DNA of 64,000 bases from Octopus sinensis (taxonomy: Eukaryota): contig NC_043004.1 of NCBI RefSeq assembly GCF_006345805.1, positions 36,208,001 to 36,272,000 on the forward strand, given 5' to 3'. The notes beneath the pieces are model-generated. The model saw only the letters and a program-made list of their open reading frames with translations, had not been told where the DNA came from and made no database searches. The stretch's first letter is position 1, and the number at the start of each line of letters is the position of its first letter. Position numbers and translations under genes: made by a program. Shown here in pieces: positions 27,230-40,825 of the stretch.

Positions 27230-28400
27230 GCAGACTAAGGTGACACTTGTTTACTGATCATGCAGAAAACTCTTGCAGTTCCAAGCAATGATGATTTTTC
27301 TAGGTGGTCTATCTTTACATTCGTACCAATCTTTTTCAGCCATGCTGGTAGTTTAGTGCTGATGCTTCCAAACGAGCCAGTTACTACTGGTATCACGTCC
27401 ACACACTTTATTGACCACAATTTGCGTATTTCCCACTTCATAATCGTTATAGATGTTCAGTTTTTCCTCTTCTTTCTTTTGGATTCTGCTGTCACCGAGA
27501 TATGCTATGTCGATTGTCATGCAAGTTTTTTCTTCTTCTTTGTTCACCAAAACAATGTCCAGTTTCCGATGTCTGATCTGATGTCACACTGAAACATTGC
27601 ATCTCACAAGATTTTGTATTTATTATAATTACTGTTATTATTATTATTATTATTGCTGTTGTTGTTGTTGTTGTTATTATTATTCGGTCTTATTCTTGGT
27701 AGGAATTATGTGGGTAGTGGGTTACGTCTAGTAACCTTAGGTATCCACAAGGTTTCAGCAGTCTTTCAAGTGCTTAGAACTCTCCTGATAATCCTTGCTG
27801 TTTCTAAGAGACTAACTTTCTGTAGGAGTTCTACCGGACATTCTATTTCAGTATCCACCAGCCATTTGTCTATATCTTTGCTTACTGATCCCAACGCACC
27901 AATTATTGTAGGCATGATCTTTACTGTTCTTATGCTCCAAATTCTTCCTGTTTCAAATTTTATGGGGGTTGTACATTTTGTTTTTCGTCCTCTTTCAGTA
28001 CGATCCTGGAATCAAACGGGCATAATGAGTCGATCAGCAAGCAACTTCGCTTTTCGTTATGTCCGGTCTATTATTTTCTAATTTCTTTTCTCTTTGAAAA
28101 AGAAAGTCCCACAAAATCTTACATTTCTCTGACTCCAGCACTCTTTCGACTCGGTGATTGTACCATGTGTTTCAGCTTCAAATCCCCATTTCTGGCGCAT
28201 TTTCCATTGTAAAAGTTTTACAACCTGGTCGTGCCTCTATTTCTTATATTCTTCCAGGGCGAACTTGGGGTATTCTTCCACAATGTGTGTCACTGTCTTG
28301 CTGCAAGTTCCATATGCTCTACGTATTTTTGACACATTCTCTCCATATATATTTTTCTTAAGTTGTTTATTTTTATCGCTACAATTAAGCTCTCTGTTTC
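27230..28400 (-). mobile_element. Cluster of R4/Dong-type LINE fragments separated by trinucleotide repeats
   Basis: KWEIRKLWSIKCVDVIPVVTGSFG...LEKSSLLGTAR (27235-27441), VELLQKVSLLETARIIRRVLST (about 27770-27840), VKLLQWKMRQKWG (about 28180-28230). Confidence 0.8.
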
Positions 28401-28484
<84 letters not shown>

Positions 28485-28486
<2 letters not shown>

Positions 28487-28682
28487 GGCGATGAGCTAGC
28501 ACAATTGTTAGCGGCATTTCGTCCGTCTTTACGTTCTGAATTCAAATTCTGCCGAGGTCGACCTTGCCTTTCATTCTTTCTGGGTTGATGAAATAAATAC
28601 CAGCTGAGCAATGGAGTCAATGTAATCGACTTACCTTCTCCCATGAAATTGCTCGCCTTGAGCTAAAATTTGAGACCATTAT
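28485..28682 (+). mobile_element. Meta/MESC-core SINE copy following (ATT)n
   Basis: GGCGATGAGCTAGC...TTCAAATTCTGCCGAGGTCGACCTTGCCTTTCATTCTTT. Confidence 0.7.
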
Positions 28683-29478
28683 TATTAATGATAATCAGAA
28701 TAGCTAATAATCCCTCCAGTTGTTCATTTTTAAACGACCGATATTTACGTTTGGGTGAAGATTTCTCATATTCACCGATAGAGCTTTCTCTTTAACTCTG
28801 TCTTCGATATCTTTTTCTAATCTGCTATATTGTATCACTAGCTTTTTAATAGAACAGATTTCAATTTAACTTTTTAAAAAAAATTTTTAGCCTTATTATT
28901 TGTAACAGTCCCATTAATTCTCTCTTATTTGTAACTTTCTGCTTAACTAATTCAATAAGCTGGTCATTTACAGGCTTTTTCTATTCTAGAAAAGATGCCT
29001 TCGTCTTCCAATAAATGACTTCCTGCCTAAATGGCGTCCTATTTCACTAATTAGATCTCAAATTCTTAAATCTATCATGAAATCCATGAAAATAGTAACT
29101 CCATGCAACAGATGCATTCATGTACGCACAGACGCATACAAACGAATAAAAGTATAAACTAAGGCATAGTCAACGAGGGCAGTTCTGTTTAGTTGTTTGA
29201 TTTACTAGAAAATGCAACCAAATCTCCTTCAAATCGCACCCTATCTAAATCAAAAAGAGACCAATCGGATAACATAAACAGATGCACCATGTCTTAAAAA
29301 TAGTATGCTTATGACTAGAACAGCCATATGTCGACTGAAGGGGCACCCAATGATAAGCAACCAGAACAGCAGATGGTTTCTTGTTCAAGTCGTCATTTAC
29401 ATATACAGAGAATGTACTTAACAGACGATTGGAATTGTCAAAACAGGCTTAAGATATTTTCTGGTTTCTAATCTAGAG

Positions 29479-29704
29479 CAGTGGTTCCCAAGCGGGGTCC
29501 ATATAAGATTTTGTTGTCTGCAATAGATTGGTTATACTTTTTCATTTCACAAAATATTTTGGTAAATTTTTTAATACAGTTCCCAAAAATATTTAATTAT
29601 AAAGATATCAGAAGATTCCTTAAACATGAAATGGCTTTGGAGGATCCACCCAAGTAAAATAGGGATCAAAGGAGTCCATAGGAAAAAATGGTTCAGAAAT
29701 ACCG
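29479..29704. mobile_element. Decayed hAT (Charlie-like) MITE
   Basis: Starts CAGTGGTTCCCAA after ATCTAGAG (NTCTAGAN target); decayed right end AATGGTTCAGAAATACCG; right TSD not recognisable. Confidence 0.45.
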
Positions 29705-32217
29705 ATTTTTTCAATTTCGCTTGATCTACCCTACCAAAAATTGATCTCAGAATCTAAATAAAGAAATCAAGTTCCTGTAGTTTAGTCTGCTAATCTTTTA
29801 TTGATGATGTTGTTAATGTTATTTACTTCGGGTCTGACTGAACAAAACTATGACCAACGACGCTCCACTCATGACCAGTTCATCTTAATAATGTAGAACA
29901 ATGTAGTAGCTCAAAATGCCTTATGTATACTTCTTTTTTTCCTATATAATTATATGCAGAGGAAGTTTTAACTGCTATTTCTTGTAAGTTGAGTGACCCT
30001 CTAGGGGAACCCTCGCTGATTCATGTTTTTTTTTATTGTTTTAGCTTATACTAATAATTTCTTACGAAGGTACAAGGACCCAAATTGTTAGTGGGGGCGG
30101 GTATAGTTAATTTAGTCGACCTTAATATTTAACTGATACTTAATCGATCCACCTCCAGAAAGTCGGAGTCGACAAATCTAAATCTAATACAGATGACCTC
30201 TCACTCTACTGTTCAAGTCAACAGTCAGAATACTTAGAAGCTGGTAACTTTTTCTATTCGTAATTTCCGAACTAATGTCAAAGCGGATGTCAGCGAGTGA
30301 TTAACTTAAAAATTTATCATTCTCTGAGCAACATCGTACAGACTTCAATACTTCTTTTCTAGCAGCGCTGAAAAGCCACCGTTTATTTATAAACTTATAA
30401 TAATGATAAGCCGTTGAAGATTTTCTTTGGCCCTGGGAATAATAATGATAATGATGATGATGGTGATGACGTCTGCACACATATTAAGTAGACTAATTTG
30501 AATACACCAGGAAATACAAAAGGAATACAAAACACAGAATAAACTTAAGGCACACAGATCTGTAGTGAAAGTAGGCACTGAAATTAAGATAACAGCAACA
30601 ACAACAACAAAAATAATAGAAATAATAACAACAACAACATCCGATTTAACACTTCACAAAATTAGAAGTAAAAAAATGATTTAATATTACTTTTGAAGTT
30701 TCTATCATATAAACTTCTTGGTGGCATAAATCTTGTTATCTCGATAATTTATAACTGTAAACTATATTTGTTCAATTCTTTTTTTCTTTTTTGAGGTTTC
30801 TCACTACATTTTAAAAACTTGCACATTACAGTAAGAATACAATTTAGTATGAAGAATGTAAAATAAAAGAAACTGTTTTGAAAATTACTCGAAGTTTGTC
30901 GCTTAAGGAAAATCAGTTTTATTGTTTTTAGAGAATCCCTATTAATGACAGTATTTTTCTTTCCAGAACATTGTTTATGTGCGTCTAATAACCAGAAGTT
31001 TCTGTTAAAATTGGATCAGAATATAATAGAGTTTATTTACTTCCAATGCCAAGAGATATGTGTGAAACATTTTGTTTTTTCGAGAGGGGATCTCAAAAAT
31101 TATTCTATATTTCAAATATTAGAACAACATTATCTCCCAAAGTTCAATTTTTGTATGGTCTTATTTTTTCCTTATCATAAAAACCTTCCCTTGCTACCAT
31201 ATTCCTAAAAGTGTATGTTGAAATTGCAACAGTTTCATCGTGAAAATGTTATGACAATCATTTAGGTGAAATAAACATCAGAGATGCTTTGCCTCACGCA
31301 GAAATTGCAAGAGATACTCAGATATTTCGCAGGCTCTTCTAAATCTATTGCAATCATCATCAGTAGGTATCTAAGGGTCACAAGCGTCTCACCCCTAAGC
31401 CTGTACGTTTCGACTGAGTTGAGTAACGAGGACTAAACAAGTCTCCACTTGCAGAATGGTTCCACTTGCGGTTTCTTATCAACCATTGCCTTTTTGAGCT
31501 CGTTTCAGCTGCCATGTTTATCTCTTTGATAGCTTTCTTCACTTGTATGAATTCCAGGCCTATGTTTTGCATCGACTCCATTTAATAAAAATGTAAATTC
31601 AATACTGATGCTTAGTAAAAATAAATAAGAATTTAAATCGTTGGTAAACTTCGAACATATGGATCCGAGCAATTTTTAAAGAAAGCATCATCAAATTGTT
31701 AGAAACGAAAACAGGAAGTTGAGAAGAGCAATTTATGTTAGTTTGGTGGATAATTGCTAAAGGAGGTAAACGATTGTATATTGTCTGCCATATATACATT
31801 AATAGTTTCAACTTTACCCCTAGAAATATAGTAGACTGCTTAAGTGCAGACACAGAAAACCATTCGCATTATATGTATGTATGTGTGCGAGCGTGCGTGT
31901 GTGTGCGTCTGCGCATGTGTGTGTTTGTGTGTAATGCCAATTATCTTTGCATTTTACTGCGGAGACGCTTTACATCGTATAGAGAAATGAGGAAGAGAGT
32001 GCAAAAGAGTGATAGAGAGAGAGAGAGGGAGAGTTGATATGAGAGGTCAGAATGAGTGCACATAAAAGGCTTGGTGGCAAGCAACGATAAACGGATGAAT
32101 TTTAAGATAGAGTCGATTTTAATTGTGTTAATAAAAGTTAGAAAACAAATAACGTATTTATTGCAAAGATAGAAATAAGAAATTTGTTTTACTAAATTTT
32201 ATTTTAGGTAATAAGTG

Positions 32218-32296
<79 letters not shown>

Positions 32297-32319
32297 ATAT
32301 CTATCTCTTCCTCTCTCTC

Positions 32320-32347
32320 TGTTATGGAGATAATAATAATAATAATA

Positions 32348-32382
<35 letters not shown>

Positions 32383-33174
32383 GAACACGTGACGAGTGGT
32401 CTGTGTTAGTCGTTACAAATACTGTGACGTAGGAAGACGAGTCGGCAAAGTCGTATCTTTACTTGTCTAGTTAACTCTACTGCTATACTGGAGTGGACGT
32501 TATAGCTTTCCGACGTTGGATTACAACAGTGGCGACGAGGAACAACAACAACAATTACTATTACAACAACAAATGATGCAATTAATGAGTAGTAAGTCGT
32601 CCAGAAATGCTGAAAAGATGTTCTCTATAGATTATGTTGCAAACTCAGTAATATAATTTAAGTATGAACCGGACGAAGAAGCTACCTTCGAGGCGTACTA
32701 GAGAAGATACGAAGAGATCTTCAATAAAGAGTGCAAAGACTGGAACGACAACATGAAAACGCGTCTAATTCTAAGAAAACTGGCAGCAGGAGAACATGAG
32801 CGTTACAATAATTGCTCCCGCAAAAACCTGATATAAACTTTATAAATACAAGAGACATTTTGTGTAGAATTTAGCGAGAAAAGCTGGTGAAATTGTAGTT
32901 GTTAGGGCATATAAAACAGAAAACAAAGTTGGAAAGACGGCGTGATTACCAACGCATAGGAAGAATGCTATACTTGGTAAAAGGAAGAAACTAGGCATAC
33001 ACGAGACATATAAATCAACTAAAAAAAGATTCGTTGAGAGCGATCCCAAGAAAATGGAAGAATCAATGGAATGGTTATATGATACTTTTTAAGTACCAAC
33101 GCCACTACAAATAATTGAATCCAGACGCACAAACGAAAAAAAAAAGAAAATGTACGGAGTTCCTGGAGAAAATA

Positions 33175-33227
<53 letters not shown>

Positions 33228-33543
33228 GAAAAAATATTAAGTTTGTAACTGTATGAAAAAATCTCAAAAAGGGTTGATGTAAATATTATTGTTAATAAAA
33301 AGAAATAAAATTACACTTCCTGAAAAAAACTTGGAAGGAGAGATATTACGGGGATAATAATAACAATAATAATAATAACGACGAAACACCACTACCACGT
33401 GACGAGTGGTATGTTCTAGTCGTTACAAATACTGTGACGTTAGAAGTCGAGAAGTCGGTCATAGATAATCGGGTTTTTAGTTGTCTAACTAACTATACTG
33501 CTATACCGAAGCGGACGTTATAGCAGCCCGACGTTGGATTACA
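32320..33543 (+). mobile_element. Internally deleted Gypsy (Mag-lineage-like) LTR retrotransposon
   Basis: 5' LTR 32320-32525 (TG...CA) and 3' LTR 33344-33543; PBS TGGCGACGAG at 32530; PPT GGAAGGAGAGA at 33333-33343; gag remnant FKYEPDEEATFEAY*RRYEEIF...RLILRKL...EHERY; integrase tail IGRMLYLV...RHINQLK. Confidence 0.9.
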
Positions 33544-33621
<78 letters not shown>

Positions 33622-33755
33622 CTGAATATTAAAAGGCTAATTCTTCAACAGAACAACACAGAAGTGCTCAATATATTGAGCAGTAATATCAAAATTCAAT
33701 AAAGGAAGACAGGTATCAAATTATTCCTGGTCCAAACCAACACATAATAAAGCTG

Positions 33756-33792
<37 letters not shown>

Positions 33793-34143
33793 ATATTATA
33801 TATATATATATATATATATTTCTTCATACTATTCCATTCGAAATCAAGGTTGGAAGACAGCGTGCTTACACATATACAGATGAATATATATACAATTAAA
33901 TTAAAAGTCACAAGCGGATAAGATGACAGTATTTTAAGAGAAAGTCCTCGAATGAATCTAATAAAGCGAAAAACAACTTACGGCCGCTTCAGGGGATGTG
34001 TGAAGAAGTAGATATATCTTTTCAGCTTCGGTAATCACATTTCGTTCATCAGACATTCTTAGTTATAAAAGCGTTTCAAATTTTAGGTTTCGAATTTTAA
34101 ACAGTGATGTGAAAATTATAAATAAATAGAAAATTTTCCAAAA

Positions 34144-34302
<159 letters not shown>

Positions 34303-34660
34303 GATTTATGCGTTGTGACCATATTTAAAGCAGTCATCGTATCATAGCTTCATTTTGTGAAGTGGAGTGGCAGTCTTTTCCTGGAACATGGTTTTCCAAA
34401 GAGGAGTCTCTTTTGAACACATCAATTCTTTTGCCTTCCATTCGAAGTAATTGGTTCCTTCTCTACAGTCTGTTGTAATAGGCATACACACACGCACACT
34501 CACATACACGCATACATGTATGTTTTATGTATGTGTGTGTATCCTTGCATTTCTGTGAGTAAGTAATGCGTGTACACGCACACACGCATACACATACATG
34601 CATATATATATATATATTATATATATATATATATATATACACACAGACACACACACACAC

Positions 34661-34715
<55 letters not shown>

Positions 34716-34740
34716 TGTATATATATATATATATATATAC

Positions 34741-34950
34741 AAATGATATAGGTGGCTCGTTACCAATTCAAACCCAAAAGTAAATTTAAGCAACGGTACA
34801 AAAATAGTACTAGCATTGCTAGAAACAAATAGCCACAAAAGCCTTTTGAGTCGTTTTGACTCTTGATTCTAGCAATGCTAGTACTATTTTTGTACCCCTG
34901 CTTAAATTTACCATTAGGTCTGAACTGTTAACGAGCCATCTATATTATTT
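34741..34950. repeat. Imperfect inverted repeat (about 84-bp arms) heading an HHR-containing element
   Basis: 34741-34824 is complementary to 34867-34950, including GTACAAAAATAGTACTAGCATTGCTAGAA. Confidence 0.85.
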
Positions 34951-35049
34951 ATACGATACACTTCCACCGTTTTGAATTTAGCGCTCAGTTTCAATGATTT
35001 TTTTCTCAAGTGTTCGACGAGGTAAAACTTTGACCCCATGCACAATAAG

Positions 35050-35112
35050 ATCCACTGACGAGAACTAAGACTAAATCAAATTAATCAGAATTTGAAATCA
35101 CGTGATATGGAT
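35050..35112 (+). ncRNA. Type I hammerhead ribozyme motif with weakened stem II
   Basis: ATCCA-CTGACGA-[GAACT...AGAATTT]-GAAA-TCACGTGA-TA-TGGAT: perfect stem I, palindromic stem III, AUA site. Confidence 0.65.
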
Positions 35113-35440
35113 ATATCTGTTACTTTATTCGCGAGTTTGATCTCCCTAAGGTAAGGTGCTTTTCTCGCTTCCTCTCATTCGTCAACTCATTTAGTTAGTG
35201 CTTTCTGTGGCTTTTTGAGTAGCTTTGACTTTTGTTTCTACACACACACCCACACACACATATACATATATGTACATATATATGCATCCACACGCAGAGA
35301 TATGTGCATGCATGTATATATATTTGTAGTGCACTTGTTAGCAAATGTCTAAACGATAACCAAGAAAAAGTTACTTTTCAAACAATGACCAGCTACCACG
35401 CACTTTACTGACACAATCTGTAAATTTACATGTTCGTACA

Positions 35441-35604
35441 TTCATCCATCCATACATCCATCCATAAATCCATCCATCCATCCATCCATCCATAAATCCA
35501 TCCATCCATCCATCCATCCATCCATCCATAAATCCATCCATCCATCCATCCATCCATCCATCCATCCATCCATCCATCCATTAATCCATACATACATACA
35601 TACA

Positions 35605-35633
<29 letters not shown>
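35441..35633. repeat. Compound (CATC)n/(CATA)n tetranucleotide microsatellite
   Basis: Directly visible in the sequence. Confidence 0.95.
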
Positions 35634-35635
<2 letters not shown>

Positions 35636-36863
35636 TGACGAATCAATGAACAGATATTTTCAAAAACTATACACACAGATACACTCACAGCGTGAGTTAT
35701 TAGAAGTAACCTAATTGTAACCAAGCCAAGAGAGAAACAATTAAAGAAATAAATATTAATGTTCTTGCCCGTGTGAAAACGCGCGTGCGCGTCACCGAAT
35801 GTTTGCGCGCGCGCGCGTGTGCATTAAAATATACATGTTTCATTATTGCGACAAGCACATGCGTATATCTGTGCACACACACACACACGATGATGTTCAT
35901 TAGCTGCAAATTTTCTCAAGTGACTCAGTGGGCCTAGATTTTTGAGCTGAAGACAACATTAATATAAGCGGGATTTAAATTCAAACTACCTTTAGTTTCA
36001 TGCTGTGGAAACACGAAGGTCAAGCTTGTATAGCACACCATGTGTTGTCAAGCAATGTTTCAGACTCAAATATACAACATGGCTGATCTATGATGGAAAA
36101 AAAATAACTTGTAAGGACGCTGGTCTTTGAGAGGTCTAGAGGAACATAAAAGAAAGGAGTGCAATGAATTAAAAAGAAGAAAGAAATTAAGAGTTGCGTC
36201 CCTCTGGTTTTGATATGGTTTCTGTAAATAAAATCAACGAGAGATGGTCAAATTTTGTGAGATTTCATGCTTAATCCGCAAACGGTGATACTTTCCAGTT
36301 CAATAAAAGAAACATGTTTTGATACTTACATTTAATAAAAGTTGCATACCTGGAATTTAGTTGGTCATCAACGTTGTTAGATCTAAAAAGGATATGAGAT
36401 CATTCGGTTAAAAAACTCGTACATTAATGTATGGCGTGAATTGTGCCACGATCCTCCACTTGATTGTATGTGGTGCGCTGTCGGCTTTGATGTCACAACT
36501 ATAACTTCGAGGCTTTCTCCTTATGTGGTAAAGAAGACTGGTGGTTGGCGTATATTTGATTTTTAAATCACTTTATTACATAACAATCTACCTTTTTCTT
36601 TGAGTTTCATTATTTTGGGGCACTTAGGTGACTTCAGCTTCATAAACCACTGAGGCAATCATTCAGGCCTGGTCGAGTGGACAAGTTTTGAGGTCTCGGT
36701 TGTTAGAATCTATATATGCATGTGTGTGTGTGTGTGTGAGGTCTCGATTGCTACAATTTATATAAGCATGTATGCCTGTGGTGTATGTGCTCGCGCGTGC
36801 GTATATGTGCACGTGCATGCATGTATGTATTTGTGTGCGTGCGTGTATATATATATTATATAT

Positions 36864-36919
<56 letters not shown>

Positions 36920-37429
36920 GTATGTATGTATGTATGATATAAGTAGCAAGTCTGAAATACATATAAGTTATATGATGTCCAACAACCGTGAAATTCTGAA
37001 TTGGAATACTAAGTAATCCCAACACGTCAATATATATATATATATGCGTACATACGCATATACATACAAATATAAATATGTATGTATATGTATATATATA
37101 TAATGTGTGTGTACTGTAGATGTCAAATGTCTACAAACCATTCTAAATTTGTTCTCCCTTTTTGCACAAGGCTGAATGCGAAGAAATGGACAAGAAGATT
37201 TACAAAATTTTAGACAACTCTATATCTTAAGGTTTTGTGTTTTTTAATAAAAATTACTTTACACTCTTCAGTAGAAGTATACCGACAATATATAAGTGAA
37301 AAACATATATACATATCCATAAATACTTGTGTATAGATACCAATATATACACACATTTCCCACGTATTCATTTTTACATTGTATATCGGTATAATTTTAC
37401 CGATATAGTGCTTTTTGCAGTGCTTTCCA

Positions 37430-37900
37430 TACCCACTGTCTTCGGCGCTTGATAGTTTTATAGAGAATCTATTTCTTGTCACCAGTCAATATTCGGTCCA
37501 AAAAAGGTTCATTCGTGAGACGTGACAGCAAAGAAAAGCACACACTCACTCCCTGCACGTGATTAGATTCGGAAAGTTTGTGAGGAACCCATTGACCCAA
37601 TTTGCTGACTTTTCCGATGGCAGGCAGGTGTTGATGAATGGTTGAATGACCAAATCCAAGCTTCTCTGCAAGTTTCTCAACAGTTACGATGGGATTTTGC
37701 TCTACCAGGGTTTGCAGGACGTTCTTCTCGAGCTCTGCACATCTTGCAGGACGAGGCTCGTCTGCTAGTCTGTAGTTTCCAGCTTGGAATTTCTGGAACC
37801 TCCGTTGACACGGGCAAAATATGCCGAATATACTCCTTTGTCATTTCCATTATATCTATACATCCCATTTTACGAAATTAACGGTGAAAATCTTCAACTA
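37430..37900 (-). mobile_element. Truncated mariner transposase pseudogene
   Basis: MEMTKEYIRHIL...LQTLVEQNPIVTVEKLAEKLGFGHSTIHQHLPAIGKVSKLGQWVPHKLSE...FLDRILTGDKK*ILY (HTH, WVPHEL motif, first catalytic D). Confidence 0.9.
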
Positions 37901-38519
37901 CGAAAAGCAAAAGAAGAAAACTATATAAGAATTCTACATCCGAAATTATACCGAAAATAGCTAACATTCCATAGAATAAACAATGGTAAAAAAAATATTT
38001 ATGACTTAAACTATAAGTCCGAAAAGAAACAGGAAATAAGTAATACTACCATTACCACATAAATAACAACTTCCTCTTTAAGAACACGTGTGTTTGAAAA
38101 GGTTAAACGAAAGCGCTCATACACTAGAAAAAAAAATTCTCCCTCAGAAAGGTTAGTAACATCCTGATAAAAGATTTCATGACATTTTTTACAAAAATAA
38201 TTTTTTTTTAAATCACCTTTAGCCTTTAAAACAGTATTAAGTATTTCTCATATACTCTCATATATACATACATATAAATGCATACATATCCACATACATC
38301 TGTCAATATCTATATATATATAACTGTACATAATATATATCATAATGATATTTAATTTCCGATTTTAAAGCGACAATTTTTAAATTTAAACAAATGACCG
38401 AAAAATGATGAGCTAACCTCAGGCTGAATCGAACCCACAAATCGTAGTTGTCATGGCTCCTTATTGGCCAAACGCTCACCCAACAATTTCAGTCAAATTT
38501 AGTTAATATATACTTTAAC

Positions 38520-38736
38520 TATAGCAACATAAGAATCTTTGCAAATGATTCCAAGCTTCAGAAGGTCATCAATGAAGTGGGTGGGGTGACCGGACATGCC
38601 TTCTGTCAGATCGATTGGCTGTCATCCAATAGGTGGAAAAGAAAAACATGCTGCTGTTGAACGAGGAAAAATTTAAGTTAATCCACTTCGAAAAAGAGGA
38701 TACCGTGAAACTCCCATATTTCCTTCCTTCAGGTGA
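38520..38736 (+). mobile_element. CR1-like RT fragment, same family as 20585-21468
   Basis: SNIRIFANDSKLQKVINEVG...[10 protein letters not shown], near-identical to the reverse complement of 21075-21280. Confidence 0.85.
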
Positions 38737-39349
38737 ATGTGCTCCTGGATTCTCTGAACTTTCCAGTCGAGAGATATCCACACCATTATCCTTCTCTTCT
38801 CCGCTTTTGCTCGACCCCATCTTGAATATTGTTATCCACTGTGGTCTTCCAACACGAAAAATGTATCATGAAAATTTTATGAATAAGACCGCAGTGCCCC
38901 ACCCACCTCTGGACTAGCATGAAGATACGTAGATCTCGTAGCCATCGAAGACGGGCAGGAATGCCTGCGGCCCGGTCAACCTGGTTTTGCTGGTGACTAT
39001 CACATCTAGGTTCCATGATCTGAAATCGTTTAGCCATGGACATTTATGCTGCTAAGCTTGAGCGAGTCCATGAGAGGAGAGGGAAGAAACGTTTACCTAC
39101 TTTTAAACTTCTGGGAGGGGTGTCGGTAAATCCTCCCTTCTCATGGTGGTTTGTGGGGCATGCTTCATTAAATCAAAGTGCAAATGTTTTGTGAAAGCCA
39201 GCTGAAGGGGTCTAACATCTCCAGAAATTTTCTTTTAATTCAATGTATAAATGATTATCTATGTAGATGAACTGGATGTAGTTGGGCATTTGGGGGTGTG
39301 AGATGGGTTTTTTTGAAATGGGGTGATGAGGGGATTTTTGCGCGTATGT

Positions 39350-40825
39350 TCAATTAAGGAAGTGTTGTTGGTATTGATGGCTGTGAGGTTGATGACCGTG
39401 TCTGGGGGTAGTGGTGCTGATGTTTGTGATTCTTGTGTATGCGTATGAGGTGTACGTGTAGGAGGATGTGATTCTGTGGTGAGGAGGAGTGTTGGGAAGT
39501 GTTTTTTCTTAGCAACTTCCCTCTATTCGAGATCAGTCGCGTCTGTGGTGTGGTGTTTTGTGGTAGTTTGTCCTTGGCTGTAATGTCACTGGTGGGATTT
39601 TGGTTTGTCGTTCTCTTCACTCCCTTGCTAGGGTCGTTCGTCTTTGCTGCTGGACCTGAGCCTGTAGTGTATTTAGTGGTCTCGCGTTTGTGAGGCATGG
39701 CTTTAGCCTGGCCTTTCGTAGTTGAAGATTCAGGCTGTGAATGATCGTTACGTGGAGGGGGACCCGTTGTTGATGGTTTCTGTGGTCATGTAGCCCTGAT
39801 GAGGCCCTTCAGCCCACATTTATGGCATCGGAGTCTAAGTCACTCCATCAAGACGCGTAGTTCTGTTTCAACAGGTAATTCAATCAGATCCGGTATGTAT
39901 TCCAGGTCTTGTTGGGTTGCTTGGATTAGGATTTCTAGACCTTGATCAGTTTTGTTGATGAAGCTTGGTGACTTGCAGAATAGATAGTTCTCTAGCTCCA
40001 ACAGGACAACTACTACGAGCCACACTACATCAATCTCTGTTGAGACCACCCCCTATTTTTATTTTTGAGGTTCTCGTGCCTAAGTAAGTGGGTAATAATG
40101 CCAGCTCTGATGATTTTAGGGGCACTGTGGAGTTTTTACTTGCTTCTTCTTCGGACGCAAACCTAGCTTTTACAGTGCTGTATTTTTCCTCTCACCACAT
40201 AGGTAGTGTTACTCCATATTGGTTGCAAGCATTTTTCAATGCTTTCCTTGGATGCGTGTTCAATTTTGTTAGTTTTTAAAAACAGAGCCTTGTATATAAT
40301 AGTTTTTTCTTTTTGTCATATGTATGATTTCACCGGGCGGGGTTAGATTCATGTTGGCGCTATCACGTTCTAAGAAACTTTTGTATTATTCAAGATCTGT
40401 TGGGTTAATGCTTATAACTTCATGATTCACAGTTGCTGCAGACGCAAAACCGCATATGTTGTTCTCCTCCTGTTCGCGCAGAGAAGGGCAGGGAACATTT
40501 CATGGTACAAATCATTAAGCAGGTTGTCGTATGCTTCGGCGTTGGGGGCGTTGTCTTCACTGTGGCTGGAAGCCATGATATAAAAATTAATTTTGTAAAC
40601 AATTTACACTAGCAAAAAGGTACAATTCGCCCCTTAAAAATAGGAATTCCTGGGTACGATACTACCTCTGCTAGGCAGATATAGAATCGAGAATGCACAA
40701 AGTTAGCAGTAGATGAACACAGATTCGGAAAAGTTAATAGCAACACTTACGAGTAGAGAAAAACATGTCTGATTGGCAAAAAATGCCGAACCCTCGTACG
40801 TCGTCTAACGATGGGAGAGTCCATC
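39350..40825 (-). mobile_element. 5' end of a non-LTR retrotransposon: leader and decayed gag-like ORF1
   Basis: RRM-like segment followed by RLRCHKCGLKGLIRAT*P (decayed CX2CX4HX4C) at about 39783-39838, then a low-complexity tail; begins at a (CA)n junction. Confidence 0.6.
40767..40822 (-). ncRNA. Degenerate HDV-like ribozyme at the element 5' end
   Basis: P1 GGACTCT/AGGGTTC, P2 GTTAGA/TCAGAC (one mismatch), GG, short P4 CA/TG, J4/2 CCAA; the P3-L3 segment CGACGTACG is 4 nt short. Confidence 0.45.

Noticed and set aside
38400-38490. Minus-strand GGTTCGATTC B-box suggesting a tRNA gene
   Set aside because: No cloverleaf can be built; at most a decayed SINE head.
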